This document shows positions 25,988 to 38,878 of a stretch of DNA of 64,000 bases, in pieces (the stretch's first letter is position 1; each line of letters starts with the position of its first letter). Location: the NCBI GenBank assembly GCA_051294375.1, contig CM119264.1:22076709-22140708 (forward strand). Direction: 5' to 3'. A program made the translations under genes and the position numbers. The stretch comes from Paraspadella gotoi. Lineage: Eukaryota > Animalia > Chaetognatha. The notes beneath the pieces are model-generated. The model saw nothing but the letters and a program-made list of their open reading frames with translations. It was not told where the DNA came from and ran no database searches.

Positions 25988-27766
25988 TAGAGAGAGAGAG
26001 AAATAAGAGAAGAGAGGAGAGAGAGAGAAATAAATGAGAAGAGAAGGAAGAAGAATTTATTCTTTTACTATATTTTTCAGCAGTAACTATTATTTTGTCT
26101 TTTTTTAAATACATAATTTTTTTTCGTCTTTTTTACCTTAATACATTAAAAATTAATTCAAATATTTATCAAAAGGTTTGTATTTTACTTTTCCAACATA
26201 CGTTTGAGGTACTTTTGAAGTGACCGCAGTCGCCCTAGTCATTTAATTTGATCTTTAAAATCCATTTTATGTCTTCAGTTACCATCTCGTAGTTCTTCAC
26301 TCCAGTTATTTATTCTTTATGACTAACATGCTCTCAACTAAGCATCTTGCAACAATCAAAACAACATTTTTTTACCACATAAGCCCCCATAGTATCTCCA
26401 CGCAACGCCTGGTTCTCGATCAACGCTCTCACAATTGACTCAGCGTCGCTCGAGATTCGAGTCTCCGATGATTTCCAATTTCGATTTTTCTTCTTGAACC
26501 GAAAAAAAAAGTCGAGGGAAAACAATCGCAATATTGGGTGGAAGTTTCCCCACGTGGCCTCAAGAGCGAAAGAGTTCCAGTACTCGTTTGAACGTCAACA
26601 CGGTCTTCATCGTCATTGTCGTTGCTTTCGGCCAAGGCACGTCGCTACTATTGCTATTATTTCAGAATTTTTGAACTTTGATGATACATAATAACGAAGA
26701 CGATGGCGATAATAATGACGACGACTATGATGACGATGTCAACGATATCAAGATTCGCCGAATAACAACAACAACAACAGAATTTCGGATGAAACGACAA
26801 AACTCTTCTGTCTTATCGCTCTTTCGGGAGAAGGTCTCGATGACCCTAGGTTTTTTTGTCGTTCAGGACGTCGGAGTTGATCTCTCGACGTTCAACTAGA
26901 CGACAAAGAGCGAGCGTCATTCATGATGACGGTTGTGGTTTTGATCTTTGTCGGCTGGCAGCACTGGGACCAGGTATTTCTGGCAAACGTCCCCGGGAAC
27001 GAAGACAAAAACGACGACAATGACGACCACAATTTCGACGACGTGGTAGAAGAGTAGAAATTCACGGATGTTATGCAAATCAGCATCGAGTCTTTGCTGA
27101 AGCCTTGAAAAGCGTAAAAAAAAGATAAAGATGAAGAAAGTAAGAGAGAAGAGGATAATAAAAAAGATAAGAAGGATGTGAAATGAAAGAGAGATTAGAG
27201 GAACGAAGTAAAAAAGAAAAAAAAATGTGATTGAAACGAATGCGAAAGGTAGAAACGTGAGATCGTGAAAAAAGGAATGCCAAAAAATGAGTTTAAAATT
27301 GGACACAAAAAAAATTAGTGACCAAGTTTTTAAATTTTAAAAAACAAAAAAATCGGCGGAACATAAAAGAAGAAAATACTTTTAAGCAAGAGGCGAAGAA
27401 GATGATTATTTATTATTATTATTATTTTTTTTTAGACAAAATCGTAAAAGAATGCGAAAATAGTGAATAGTGGGGAATAACTAAAGGCACTGGGTTCGAC
27501 TTAACAAAAAAAAAACTTAACTTTATGCGTATCAAATTTTTTATCCCTGAATTTCTTTAATTCGCTTCCCCCCTCCCGAGTTTCAATGAAACTAAAATTT
27601 TATTTGTAATGACTTGTCTATATTATCTTGTAAACAAAGGAAATAGCTCCCAATCCGACTTCTCCGCTCTAGAACCAGGCGCACATACAGGCGCCCAAAC
27701 AGCCGTAAACAGATGTAAACTGGATCGTAAACAGGCAAGTAAACAGGCTAGTAAACAGCTCCCACC

Positions 27767-27852
<86 letters not shown>

Positions 27853-28380
27853 GTTTCTCGCTTTTCCGCTCCTTCGATTTTTCACTTAGGACCGCGAAGG
27901 TTGCCTCGTGGCGATTTAACCTTCAGAGTTGAGCTCTGAGCCAAGCGCCCTCTGCCAACGATGATCGGTTAGCAGTCAGCAGCCGATGGCTAATTACTCG
28001 TTTTCAAAATCCAAAATATTCCCTTTTGGCTCAATGCCAACAATCTTATTTAGCTGCCAATATTGTGCTGCGAATAACCAACAGCCAACAGAAATAATTG
28101 CGGACGAAATTGCAATGAACAATGAACGATCGATGTCGATGATAACGACGATGACTACGAGAACTCGAAGATCCGTTACGGGGAAATCGTGGGTAAACTT
28201 TTAGGAAAAGACGAAGCGAAAGAAAACGAAAAATACTAAACGCAAAAGGGTTTCCGATTCTAGCTGCCAAACGACGAAAGCCGTCTCCAGCGAGAATGGC
28301 AATGCCGTCCGCCACGCGAGACAAGTTCTTCGACGTCAACACAAAATCGTGACGTCTCTTGGCAACTTATTTTTTGAACG

Positions 28381-28422
<42 letters not shown>

Positions 28423-29190
28423 TTCGCTCCACTTAAAACGCTTTTTATTGGAATTCACGAAACAAATAAAACGGAGATAAAATCCATTCTCTCCGCTTCG
28501 CCGGGTAATTACTTTATGATTTAAAGACGATTTCGCCGTCTGCGAGGATCGTTTTTATTCAATTTAAAGACGAGGAAACTCAGAAAGGAAAAAAAAAGAA
28601 AATCTCTTTAAAGACGGAAGGCGGGGGTTTCGTTTTATTGGTTCCGTGAAACTTTGAGACGATTCGGTGGAGGCGGGTTGGTTTGGGGATGTTTGAGATT
28701 GGAGAAGGTGGTCGGGGGAGTTGGGGGTTTTATTATTCTTTGTCTATTATCGAGAGTAATAGTTTAGAAATTATTTCTTATCGTCCGCGATAGCCTGCTG
28801 AAATAAAGAAAAGGCCGGCGATTCAGTTGATCCAAACGAACTCCATGAAACAACTTCAAGAATTGTCATAAAATGCAAAAAGCAAAAGCAATCTCGAAAA
28901 GATGGAAAAAAATAATTCCGTGACATACGGCGGTGCGAGGGCGGATTGATGGCGCGACGATGTCAGAACGATGACGGGAAAAAGGGGCCATAAATATTCG
29001 CGGTTTGCGGTAATTATCCGAATCGTCGGTTTCAATGGAAAAAGTAAAGTGAGAACATAAGTTTTTTTTTCTCCCGAGTCGAAGTTGAAAAAAAAAAAGC
29101 GAAAGTCATCGACGTTTTTGACGAAGAGTTGGTTCGCTTCTTTTGTCGGAAACAATTGTGGTTTTGTTAACTGCCACTCTGACTCAAAAA

Positions 29191-29284
<94 letters not shown>

Positions 29285-30065
29285 CTCTCTTTCTTCTTCC
29301 TTCTCTCTTACGTTTTACCGCAATTTGATGCCAAATTAAAACTGTGGATAGCAAATTTCTTAAAAATGATTTCACTCTGTTTTAAAGTTTTAATGACTTT
29401 TAGCGCAAACAAAAGAACAATGGCACCTTTGGAGCATGAAAGGAATATGAAAGTAACTATAGTATCAAATCACCAAAGCAATCCTAAAATTTATAAGATG
29501 CAAAGTCTTTCATTTGAAAAAAAGAAAAACAAATTTTCATCCTCAATAATTGGTTTTCTTTTTCCTTTCTTCTATTTCTTAATAGAATTTATTACGTATC
29601 GGTGTGAAAGACCCTGATTGGCCGAGGATCGGACACAATTCGCCAAATTGAAAACAATCGTAAATACGACGGAAACCAAGAACGAAAGTTCAATGCAATT
29701 TAGTTTCGCGCGCCGAAAAGAAATTGAGTTCTTTCTAAAGATCCGCCTCTCAAAGAAAACCACATCCCAAATTATTGCTCTCACAATGGAAGGATTAATC
29801 ACGCTAATTAAGGCCTTCTCTTTTCACATTGGCGCTGAACAACTCCCTGCGCTTCTTGATATCATCCATCCCTTATTGGAATCACTTTTTTTCAGCTTCA
29901 AACCTTTCTCTCCTCCCCGTTCTCCTCTTTTTTTTGGCGGGAAAGGAGGGGATTGGTGGCTCAATCAACTAATGGGATGCGACGATTTAACGAAGAGGAT
30001 GATTATGTTAATTAAGTCGTTGGAGATGTCGACGATTTACTGAAGAAGGCGTTTGGAAATGAAGG

Positions 30066-30160
<95 letters not shown>

Positions 30161-30451
30161 GAGCGTCCTGCTCTTGATTATGTCTAGAATTTAGATTTGG
30201 ACCGCCACACATTAACCTTATTGACTCCGCCGACTTTTTCTCTTCCTTTTTTTTTTTCTCTCTCGAGCGATTAGTTGATCGTTCAATCGTCACAAACCGA
30301 TTTCGAAAATGTCTTATCGCTAGAAATTAGAAAAGAGGAGCTTGACGAAGAGTTAATAATGTTTATTCTCATTTATCATCTTCTTATTTGTTTTTTTTTT
30401 AACTTTTTTTTCAATATTTCATTCTTTCTTCTTATGATTAAGAATATATTT

Positions 30452-30454
<3 letters not shown>

Positions 30455-30550
<96 letters not shown>
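30455..30550. repeat. (CTTT)n tetranucleotide microsatellite
   Basis: Directly visible. Similar tracts are at 7920-7985, 15970-16025 and 37290-37365. Confidence 0.95.
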
Positions 30551-30949
30551 ATTTCTATCTATTTCAAATTGTCTTCCTGTTTTTTTCCACCGCCGCTGCC
30601 AAGGATTGCGGCCAACAAAACTTCCTTCCATAAGCGAAACGAGGGAAAATCTGACCCGTCTGACTCCGCCCGGGAGATACTTTGGCAGATATGAGAAAAG
30701 TCCATTTCCGTTTGCGCCCCTTAACCCCTGTACCACCAGCGGGGACGCCGCCACACCCCTCTATTCCCCTCCCGCCTTTCCCCCCCCCCCCCGCGCCATC
30801 CCACCTCGTCCCTCGTCCGCGGAAAAAATGACCGTTCCAAGTTGGTCGCCGTGACCGCCTCTCTTCGACCTCCATCGCTTGGAAATAATTTTGGCTTGGG
30901 GGAGAAGAGAGAGAGAGAGAGAGAGAGAAGGGGGAAGAGAGAGAAGAGA

Positions 30950-31024
<75 letters not shown>

Positions 31025-31028
31025 CGAG

Positions 31029-31095
<67 letters not shown>

Positions 31096-32294
31096 GAGAC
31101 GAGAGAGAGATACGTAGTGATATAAAGATCGTTCGGTGATTGGATCATCAGTGTCTCTTTTTATGGGGAGACGATTTCTGTGGCTGAAAGATGATGGAAT
31201 CGAAATGAAGAGGATTGGAAGTGGGTCAGGTCTTTACCCTCACTTACCTTCGATTACTTTCGATATCCGTCCTTACCTTTGATCTTAAGGATTTGATGGG
31301 GAATATTGGAGACGTCGATTGAATGGGATTAAGACTAAGACTCGTAGATGGCATTTATTCCTACTGTATTTGATAAAGAGGAAGATAATAAGGACTTGGT
31401 CTACAATCTATAAATAATTTTAATTTTTTTAACAATACGTTGATAAAATTATCGGGATGTTTTTTTAGTTTTTCTTCCGTTTTACCGTTTTACTTCGGTG
31501 GTCTGACCATCTACGAGAGGGCCCAGATGTCCACAGATGGGCGTCAGGTTAAAAAAATGACGCCCATCGCCGTCGTCGTCGTTGTCGCGGGAGAGTCGCC
31601 CCGGGTTTGACGGCGTCGGCGGCGTCGTTGGCGTCGGCGCCTAAAATGGTACTAAATCATGTCGTCCAAATGGGCGGCGCCGCTTATGTCGCCAATCTGC
31701 TCGCATTGTCGACGGTCTCGGCGGCCAGCGGCGCGACCGGCCCAGCAAGCCCCGAAAAGGGTCGATCTCACGAGGACTTGATTTCTTTGTATGTGCAGTA
31801 TTTGTTTTTTATTTTGCAGTATAATCAGTATTATTCACTTATAACAATCTCTTTAAATTCGTACTACAAACGATTAAAATTCTAAATCAATTGCAAATTT
31901 ACGTATAAGAATTTAAAGAGTATGTATTTCAAATCTTTTAGAAAGCCGCTACATTATTACATTATTAACACAAGAAAAGCCCCTTACTTAGAATTATAGA
32001 TAAGGCTAATGTAGTCTTTATGAGGAAACATTATTCTAAATAACGTTCCCCCCCAGAAGGAGAAGAGTGCGGGAGATTCAACATTCCCTCTCCGCGCTCT
32101 CTCATACATGGAAATAGGAGGACATCTATAAACGGCGACTTGATGAGGGTTTTTAAGTGTTAATGTTCCGCTCTCTCGCTCTCTCGTCTCATTCTCTGTC
32201 TCTCTGTCTCACACTCTTTCTCTCTTCTTTCTCATTTGCGTTTCCATCTCTCTTTCTCTCTCTCTCTCTTTCTTTCTTTCTCTCTTTCTCTCTT

Positions 32295-32354
<60 letters not shown>

Positions 32355-34833
32355 GCAAACGATCTCTCGGAATCAGTTTTTTCCGCCGAATTTAGACAAG
32401 AAGCTTCTTGGAATAGTTGAATGACGTCAGGCGCTTTGGGCGGGAAAAGAAATAGTATGATCGCATGAAGGCCGAGGTGAGAATAAAAAAGGAAAAAGAG
32501 AGCATAACGATCAGAGGGATGATTATTATTCTACAGCACAAGAAAAGTAGATCGGGATATAAAATAAAAGCAAAGACAAAAGTAGTTTGTAAGTAGAAAA
32601 CTTTCTTAAGGACAGCATACAGAAATCCAAGTTCATGAGGAAGAAATTTTTTTTTTTCTTTTCCTTCAGTGAGAAAATGAAAGCCGTGGATTTTGCTTTC
32701 ATAAAGAAAAGCGATACAGGAATTTCGCCGCGTCATTAAACGGGAAAATTATGTTTGATGCACGAAGAGAAATGACATTTGCTGCAAGTTTTCGTCCAGA
32801 AAATGATGTTTACTGCAACTTCTTCGATCCAAGATGACCGGTTCACATAAATGACCCAGAGTTGACCGCTCGTCGATCGCTTCAGTTTTCGTGAGTCGAT
32901 CTTGGAAATGAACTCGATCCTCAAAAGTCACGTTTCCTTTGTGATCGCCGAGAGACGAATGCTCACTTCGCCTTCGTTCCAACTCTCCGCTCTCACTTCC
33001 TTGTCTTTTATTCTCGTATTTATTTTAGAAACTTCTGTGGGCCTTCCTAATTCTGTTTGAATCACCAAGTTTTCAGATTTCAAACCAACCGAATTTAAAT
33101 GAAACAAACTCATCGTTGAAACGAGAATCCATATAGTTTTAACGTCATCACAAGCATCACACGCATCACCTTTATAATAATTTGATGTTTTATAATGAGG
33201 ACATCTGTGCAAAAGCAACAAAAAAAATTTTGCCAAATATTTCGATGCATATATTTTCGTATGTATATAAATTTCATATAAATATTTTCATGTAAATACA
33301 CATAAAAAATAATCACAGTTTCGAACAAAATATTTCAAAATTTACTTTAAAAAAGTTTTTTTCGATTTCGTATTTGTGGGAGATGAATGGAATAAAAGAA
33401 ACTTTAAAAAGATGAATGATGAAAAGAGAGAGAAAAAAGAAAGAGCTCCTGAATGAAAAGAATTCAATTTGAAGCCGTGTGAAAATATCAGTCCCGAGTT
33501 TGTTGAAAGGAAAATAATTCCTTTGAAGAAAGAAAAAGAAAATTAAATAAATATTAGCCAATCCGCAACGCACGTGTCTTTATTTTAAACGACGTAAGCT
33601 ACTCTATGTTTGCGCACTTCCCATTCTTAAACGTAACGACATCAAAAGGAAACACATTCAGAAATTATCCGGCCCCGATAAAGTTTCATTCGCTCCTAAT
33701 ATGTTCGGGTAATATTTACAAACCACGGACGACCAAGAGAGGCGAGCCGCTGGCAGGAAGATAAAGCCTCTCTCAACGTCTTCTTCGCAGAGCCAGAAAT
33801 GGGTTAATAAAAGATGAGAGAGAGAAGAGAGAGAAGAGAGAGAACAGAGATGAGAGAAGAAGAGTAGAGAGATGAGAGAGATAGAGAGAGAGAGAGAGGG
33901 AGAAAGAGAAGAAGGAAGAGAGAGAGGAGAAGAGAGAGAGAGAGAGAAGAATTTAAGAAAAAGTTGTCACTTTGGTCGGCGTCTTGTTTGCATAGTGAAA
34001 AGAAGACGCATAAAAAGTTAAGCAATTAACGGTTATCAAAGAGAAAAGCGTCATGACAACAAAATATCGTAAACATATCACAATCGTTAACAAATAATAA
34101 AAACTTGCAAAAATTTATCAGGATTTTTATAAGATTTAATCCTTTATACTTTCAACAAAGATTCAATGACAACAAAAGAATAAGCAACAATTAAACGTGA
34201 GATGTAAATTGTTTCGATACCCGATATAAAAAAAAAAATAAGACGCGCCTGGTGCTCGAGGTCGCAATCTTTATCGGTTTCTCGTCTTTGTTGTCGCCGC
34301 TTCCATTAGACCAACGCCATCTAATACTATTGGTGTCGTCGTCGCCGATGGCATAATAAACAAAAGAGCAAATAAATCGTTAAAAAAAATGGCGACGACG
34401 ATGACGACGACAGAAAATGGGGTTTAACGACCGAAGAGAAAGCAAAGGCCACGGGACAAACTGTAGAGGCGACGGCGGGGTGGGAATCGCTGGAGGAATC
34501 CTTCCAACTTCTGCCAGGATTATGAACAAAGAATCTGGAATCGAGTTGGGAATTGAGACGTCTTAGTAGAATCAGATAGAAAGAGAAAGAGAGAGAGAGA
34601 GAAGAGAGAGAGAGGAGAGAGAGAGAGAAGAGAGAAGGAGAGAGAGAGAGAGAGACAAAGAGAGAGTCCATCTCCTCAACTTGACGAGCATATTTTTTTT
34701 TCTCTATTTATAACCATTATCAAACTTGCAATGGAACAAAAACGAAATAAGTGCAGTATGGAAATTTTATGTTAATTTGTAGTCGGGCATTGCCTAGGTT
34801 CACCCCGCCTATAAGCATGACACCTTCAGTCCT

Positions 34834-35010
34834 GACCCGGTGGCTCGTTGAGTAAAGCCATCACATCAGCTCATGACCACTTGGTACCGGTTCAATCCCA
34901 ACCCGGTACCTACCCTGTGGGAAGTTTGAGGACGGCCGTAAGCCGCCTTGGAGGCGTGGCAACCCCTCAAGCCTGGTTCCAAACCAAGGACCCGTTCCAT
35001 GGCTACTAAA
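34834..35010 (+). mobile_element. tRNA-derived SINE-like element (candidate)
   Basis: A-box-like TGGCTCGTTGAG (34841) and B-box-like GGTTCAATCCC (about 34889) lie at Pol III-compatible spacing. The B box sits in the hairpin GGTACCGG/CCGGTACC. The segment is a balanced-composition island in AT-rich flanks. No full cloverleaf or second copy was seen. Confidence 0.4.
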
Positions 35011-36762
35011 GGGGGTTATAGAAGTTACGGATAGTCATCTTCAGCCCACTTAGCGCCTTATCCACAAGTTCAACGTTTTGTTTCCGTATAAACTGAAGCC
35101 GTTACAACTACAAAATCCTCATTTTTGAGTCTCAGCATAATGAAAAACCTTTCTTATGAAAATTGAACACGACAGAATGACCTTATAAAAAGGTAAAAGG
35201 GGTTTCCATTTCGGGTCATCGCTTTTTCACAACCTCTTCACGTTACTTTGCAAATCCGATTCACTTTTTTCAATCGGTCGTTGCCCCCTTACCTTCAACG
35301 CCTCACCTCACCTCACCTCACCATCTTCGCTCTTTCGCTGATGTCCTTTCCCAATTTTTCACTAAGATTTTTTCCTTGACTTGAGTGGGCTTTCTCCGTT
35401 GGTCGACGTTGGCGTCATCTTTCGCCCATCGTCATCTCTTTATTGCCGTCATTGCGTCGCTTGCCGATTCTTGCAGATCACTAAGTGCCGTTTTATATTT
35501 TTATCTTTTTATCGTTTCAACTGTCAAATTGTTTCTTATATTTCAGAAACAAAAAAAAGTGTCGTTTGTGATGTGTTGCTGTCATCGGCTTCTCTCTACA
35601 CCTCTTTCTACGACAATGTTTGGTTGTTTTCCATATTACGTACTACAAAAAAAAAAAACTTTTATCATTTTTCCCCGATGTGATTAAGGGAAATTCGTAG
35701 TGAATAACAAAGCAGTTTCTGAAAGACGCCTCAATAAAAAGGTCCTCAGAATTCTTATTCCCACAAATATCAATACGACTGAAGGAATCAAGCTAGAAAT
35801 ACAGGCGAAAAAAAAAAGAAAAAAAAAAAGACTTAACCAGAAAAGCAAACAAAATGAAAACGCGCGGTGAACTGAATAAATAAACATCTGGTGAGAACCT
35901 CGAAAAACTCCGAAAGGCAATACATAATTTTTTCCCTCCGGTAGAGAAATTCGGGGCCAAAGGTTTTACGACAAAATGTTCCGATTCTGAGAGAGAATTT
36001 GTTCTTTTTTTTTGCGGAGTGAAATAAACAAAAGAAATAAGGATCTAGGTAAACTTGGGCGGTGTTTTTTTATTCGAGAATTGGCAGTGGTGACTTGGTA
36101 GGGATTTTTTGGTTTTCTTCTCATTTACTAATCTTAAAAAAGGCGTTAACTTGTTCAAAGAATGGTCGCTGTGGTAATAAGTGGTAATAAGTGGTACTAG
36201 TTGAAACATTGCTTTCTTTTTTACTGGCGGAATTCCGTCTTAAAAAACATCGAATCGAGGAAAATTCTCAGACATAAGTAAAACACAATCGGGTCCCTTT
36301 CAAATTGTTCAACTCACAAACAAACTTAAGCGTCACTGTGTTTTTTTCCGGCTCCAAACATATCTTAAGTTATCTCTAAAAACATTTAAAACAAATATAA
36401 ATCCAAGTTTGGTCTCGCAAATGTCTTTTCTTTCGGAAAATAAATCTGATGACGAGATCGTNNNNNNNNNNNNNNNNNNNNNNNNNGCCTCCGCGCCTCT
36501 GAGCCACTCCATTCCGCACTCTGCCCCCCCCCCTTTATCTCTCTCTTCCTTTCCCACGCGCGCACCGCGAATCCTGCACCCTATTGAATTCCCCTTCTTT
36601 CATTTTCTTTGAAATTCGATTAATGAAATTTCCTGTGAATTTGAACTTTCACAACGAATGTTGAATAATTTTAATGAAAATCGTGCATCAGGGATGAGGA
36701 ACAAGAACAAGAGAAAGAAATTAAAGGCGGAAAGTAAAAGATGAAAAGGGAGAATTGGGACA

Positions 36763-37293
36763 GGGGGGGGAATATTAAAAAAACATGAAAACGAAAATAA
36801 AGGAAGAAAATAACCAGAAGCAAAAAGTTTGAAGAAAAAAAAGGAAAGAAAGAAACAGAAAGATAAAGAAAAGAAAGAAAGAAAGAAAAAAAAAATAAAG
36901 AAAAGAAGAAAGAAAAAGAAAGAAAGAAAGAGAGAAAAGAAAGAAAGAAAATAAGAAAGAAAGAAAGACGGAAAGAAATTTGGTCATTCACATATTTAGC
37001 GTAGACAGATAAAGTTTAATAATTCGTAATTTTTTCATTCCCACTCACTTTCAGTTAAAAATACCCCTTTTATTGTGAACCGGATATTCTTTCTTCTTGA
37101 TTGTAATTTTTGCTTTTTGTCCGAGTTTTTAGTTTAAAATTCTTTCACCGGTGAAGTAGGGTTTTCCTCTTCTTCATCGCATTACTGAAGGTTTTTTCGT
37201 GGAAAAGGGAAGGGAAAGGGGGGGAATATAAAAACATGAAACGAAATAAAAGGAAAGAAAATAAGTAAGAAAAAGGCTGGAAAGTAAAAAGGA

Positions 37294-37365
<72 letters not shown>

Positions 37366-37606
37366 AAATAAGAAAGAAAGAAAGACGGAAAGAAATTGTG
37401 GTCATTCACATATTAGCGTAGACAGATAAGTTTAAGTAATCGTATTTTTTCATTCACTCACTCTTCAGTAAAAAATACCCCGTTTATGTGACCGGATATT
37501 CTTGTCTTCTTGATTGTAATTTTTGCTTTTTGTCGAGTTTTAGTTAAAATTCTTCACGGTGAAGTAGGTTTTCCTCTCTTCATCGAATTACTGAAGGTTT
37601 TTTCGT
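36763..37606. repeat. Tandem duplication of about 400-440 bp (about 36763-37200 vs about 37219-37606)
   Basis: Both copies share GGTCATTCACATAT...GCGTAGACAGATAA...CCGGATATTCTT...TTACTGAAGGTTTTTTCGT, and differ mostly by 1-bp indels. Confidence 0.85.
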
Positions 37607-38333
37607 TGTAGTTGTTGTTGTTGTTGTTGTCTATGTCGCTGGGCAAACAAGGCTTCTTTTTTTTTTTTAAATAACAACAACGACAAAAAACAACAACGAC
37701 AACGAATCCCTCGCGACGCATTTCGTTTTCGCGAAGAAAAAAAAACCCGAAGGATGAATTCGAGCTCGACTTCCTTTCTTCTTTTTCTTCTTTTTCTTCT
37801 TTTTCTTCGTCTTCGTCGTTGTCGTAGACGTCATCGTCAGCGTGGACGTCATCGTCATCGTCGTCGTCGTTATCGTCTTCCTCGTCGACTTCGCGGTCTT
37901 CATCTTCCTTCGCCGTGGAATCGATCCGCCTCGAACCCACGCTCTCCCTTCGAGCTCCCACGCATTCGCCTTCTGGTCGGACGATCGATACCAACAATCG
38001 TCAAAACCACCACCCACCACCACCCACCACCACCAACCACCACCACCACACCACCAACCAACGCACGACGACGGCCCCGTGGGAATTTGTATTTCACTTT
38101 TCCCCGTTATATGACGCGTCGGCAGATAAGGGTGTTTGTCTTGCGTCGAAGTCTCACCTCGAATCCATTTTCCCGCGCGAAGGTTTATCATTATTCATTA
38201 CAATTCTCGCCGCCAGAGGGACGCTCGGCCCGGGGTTTTGATTTGGGAGAGGGGGGGGATGGAGGGAAGGGAAAAGGTGAGGATTTTCGTCATTATATCG
38301 ATTGTAGCTTTGCATCGAAAACGAAAAAGTTTT

Positions 38334-38546
38334 TGATACCGTTACTGATACCGTTCCAGTCTTTTTAAGCTATAATGATACCGTTACTGATACCATTCCA
38401 GTCTTTTTACGCTGTTAATGATACCGTTCCAGTCTTTTTACGCTGTTAATGATACCATTACTGATACCATTCCNNNNNNNNNNACGCTGTTAATGATACT
38501 GTTACTGATACCGTTCTAGTCTTTTTACGCTGTTAATGATACCGTT
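38334..38546. repeat. Minisatellite of about 43 bp (ACTGATACCGTTCCAGTCTTTTTACGCTGTTAATGATACCGTT), about 5 units
   Basis: Head-to-tail units with no unique spacers. A shorter array lies in the duplicate at about 49743-49835. Confidence 0.9.
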
Positions 38547-38836
38547 GCTGTTTTTGTATTCAATTATGTTAATATTGTTTTTGTTATTAATTTAAAAAAA
38601 CGTTTTTGTTATTAATAGAAAAAGAAGCATATTTTCTTCACACTATCATGTTGTCTGGCACAATCTTTTGAAACATTTTTTGAATGAATTATTATTAAAT
38701 TTAGAAAATAGCATTTATTAAAAAAAATCGAGAAAATTAAATTAAAAGAAATAAAGTCGCGATCGTCGTTAGAAGCGCACACCGTGATTCATGTGACGCG
38801 AGTGATCCGGTGAGGCCAAGCGTATTCGATTTTCTT

Positions 38837-38878
<42 letters not shown>

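Noticed and set aside
38334-38546. 43-bp repeats resembling a CRISPR array
   Set aside because: The units are head-to-tail without unique spacers, no cas genes are present and the context is eukaryotic.
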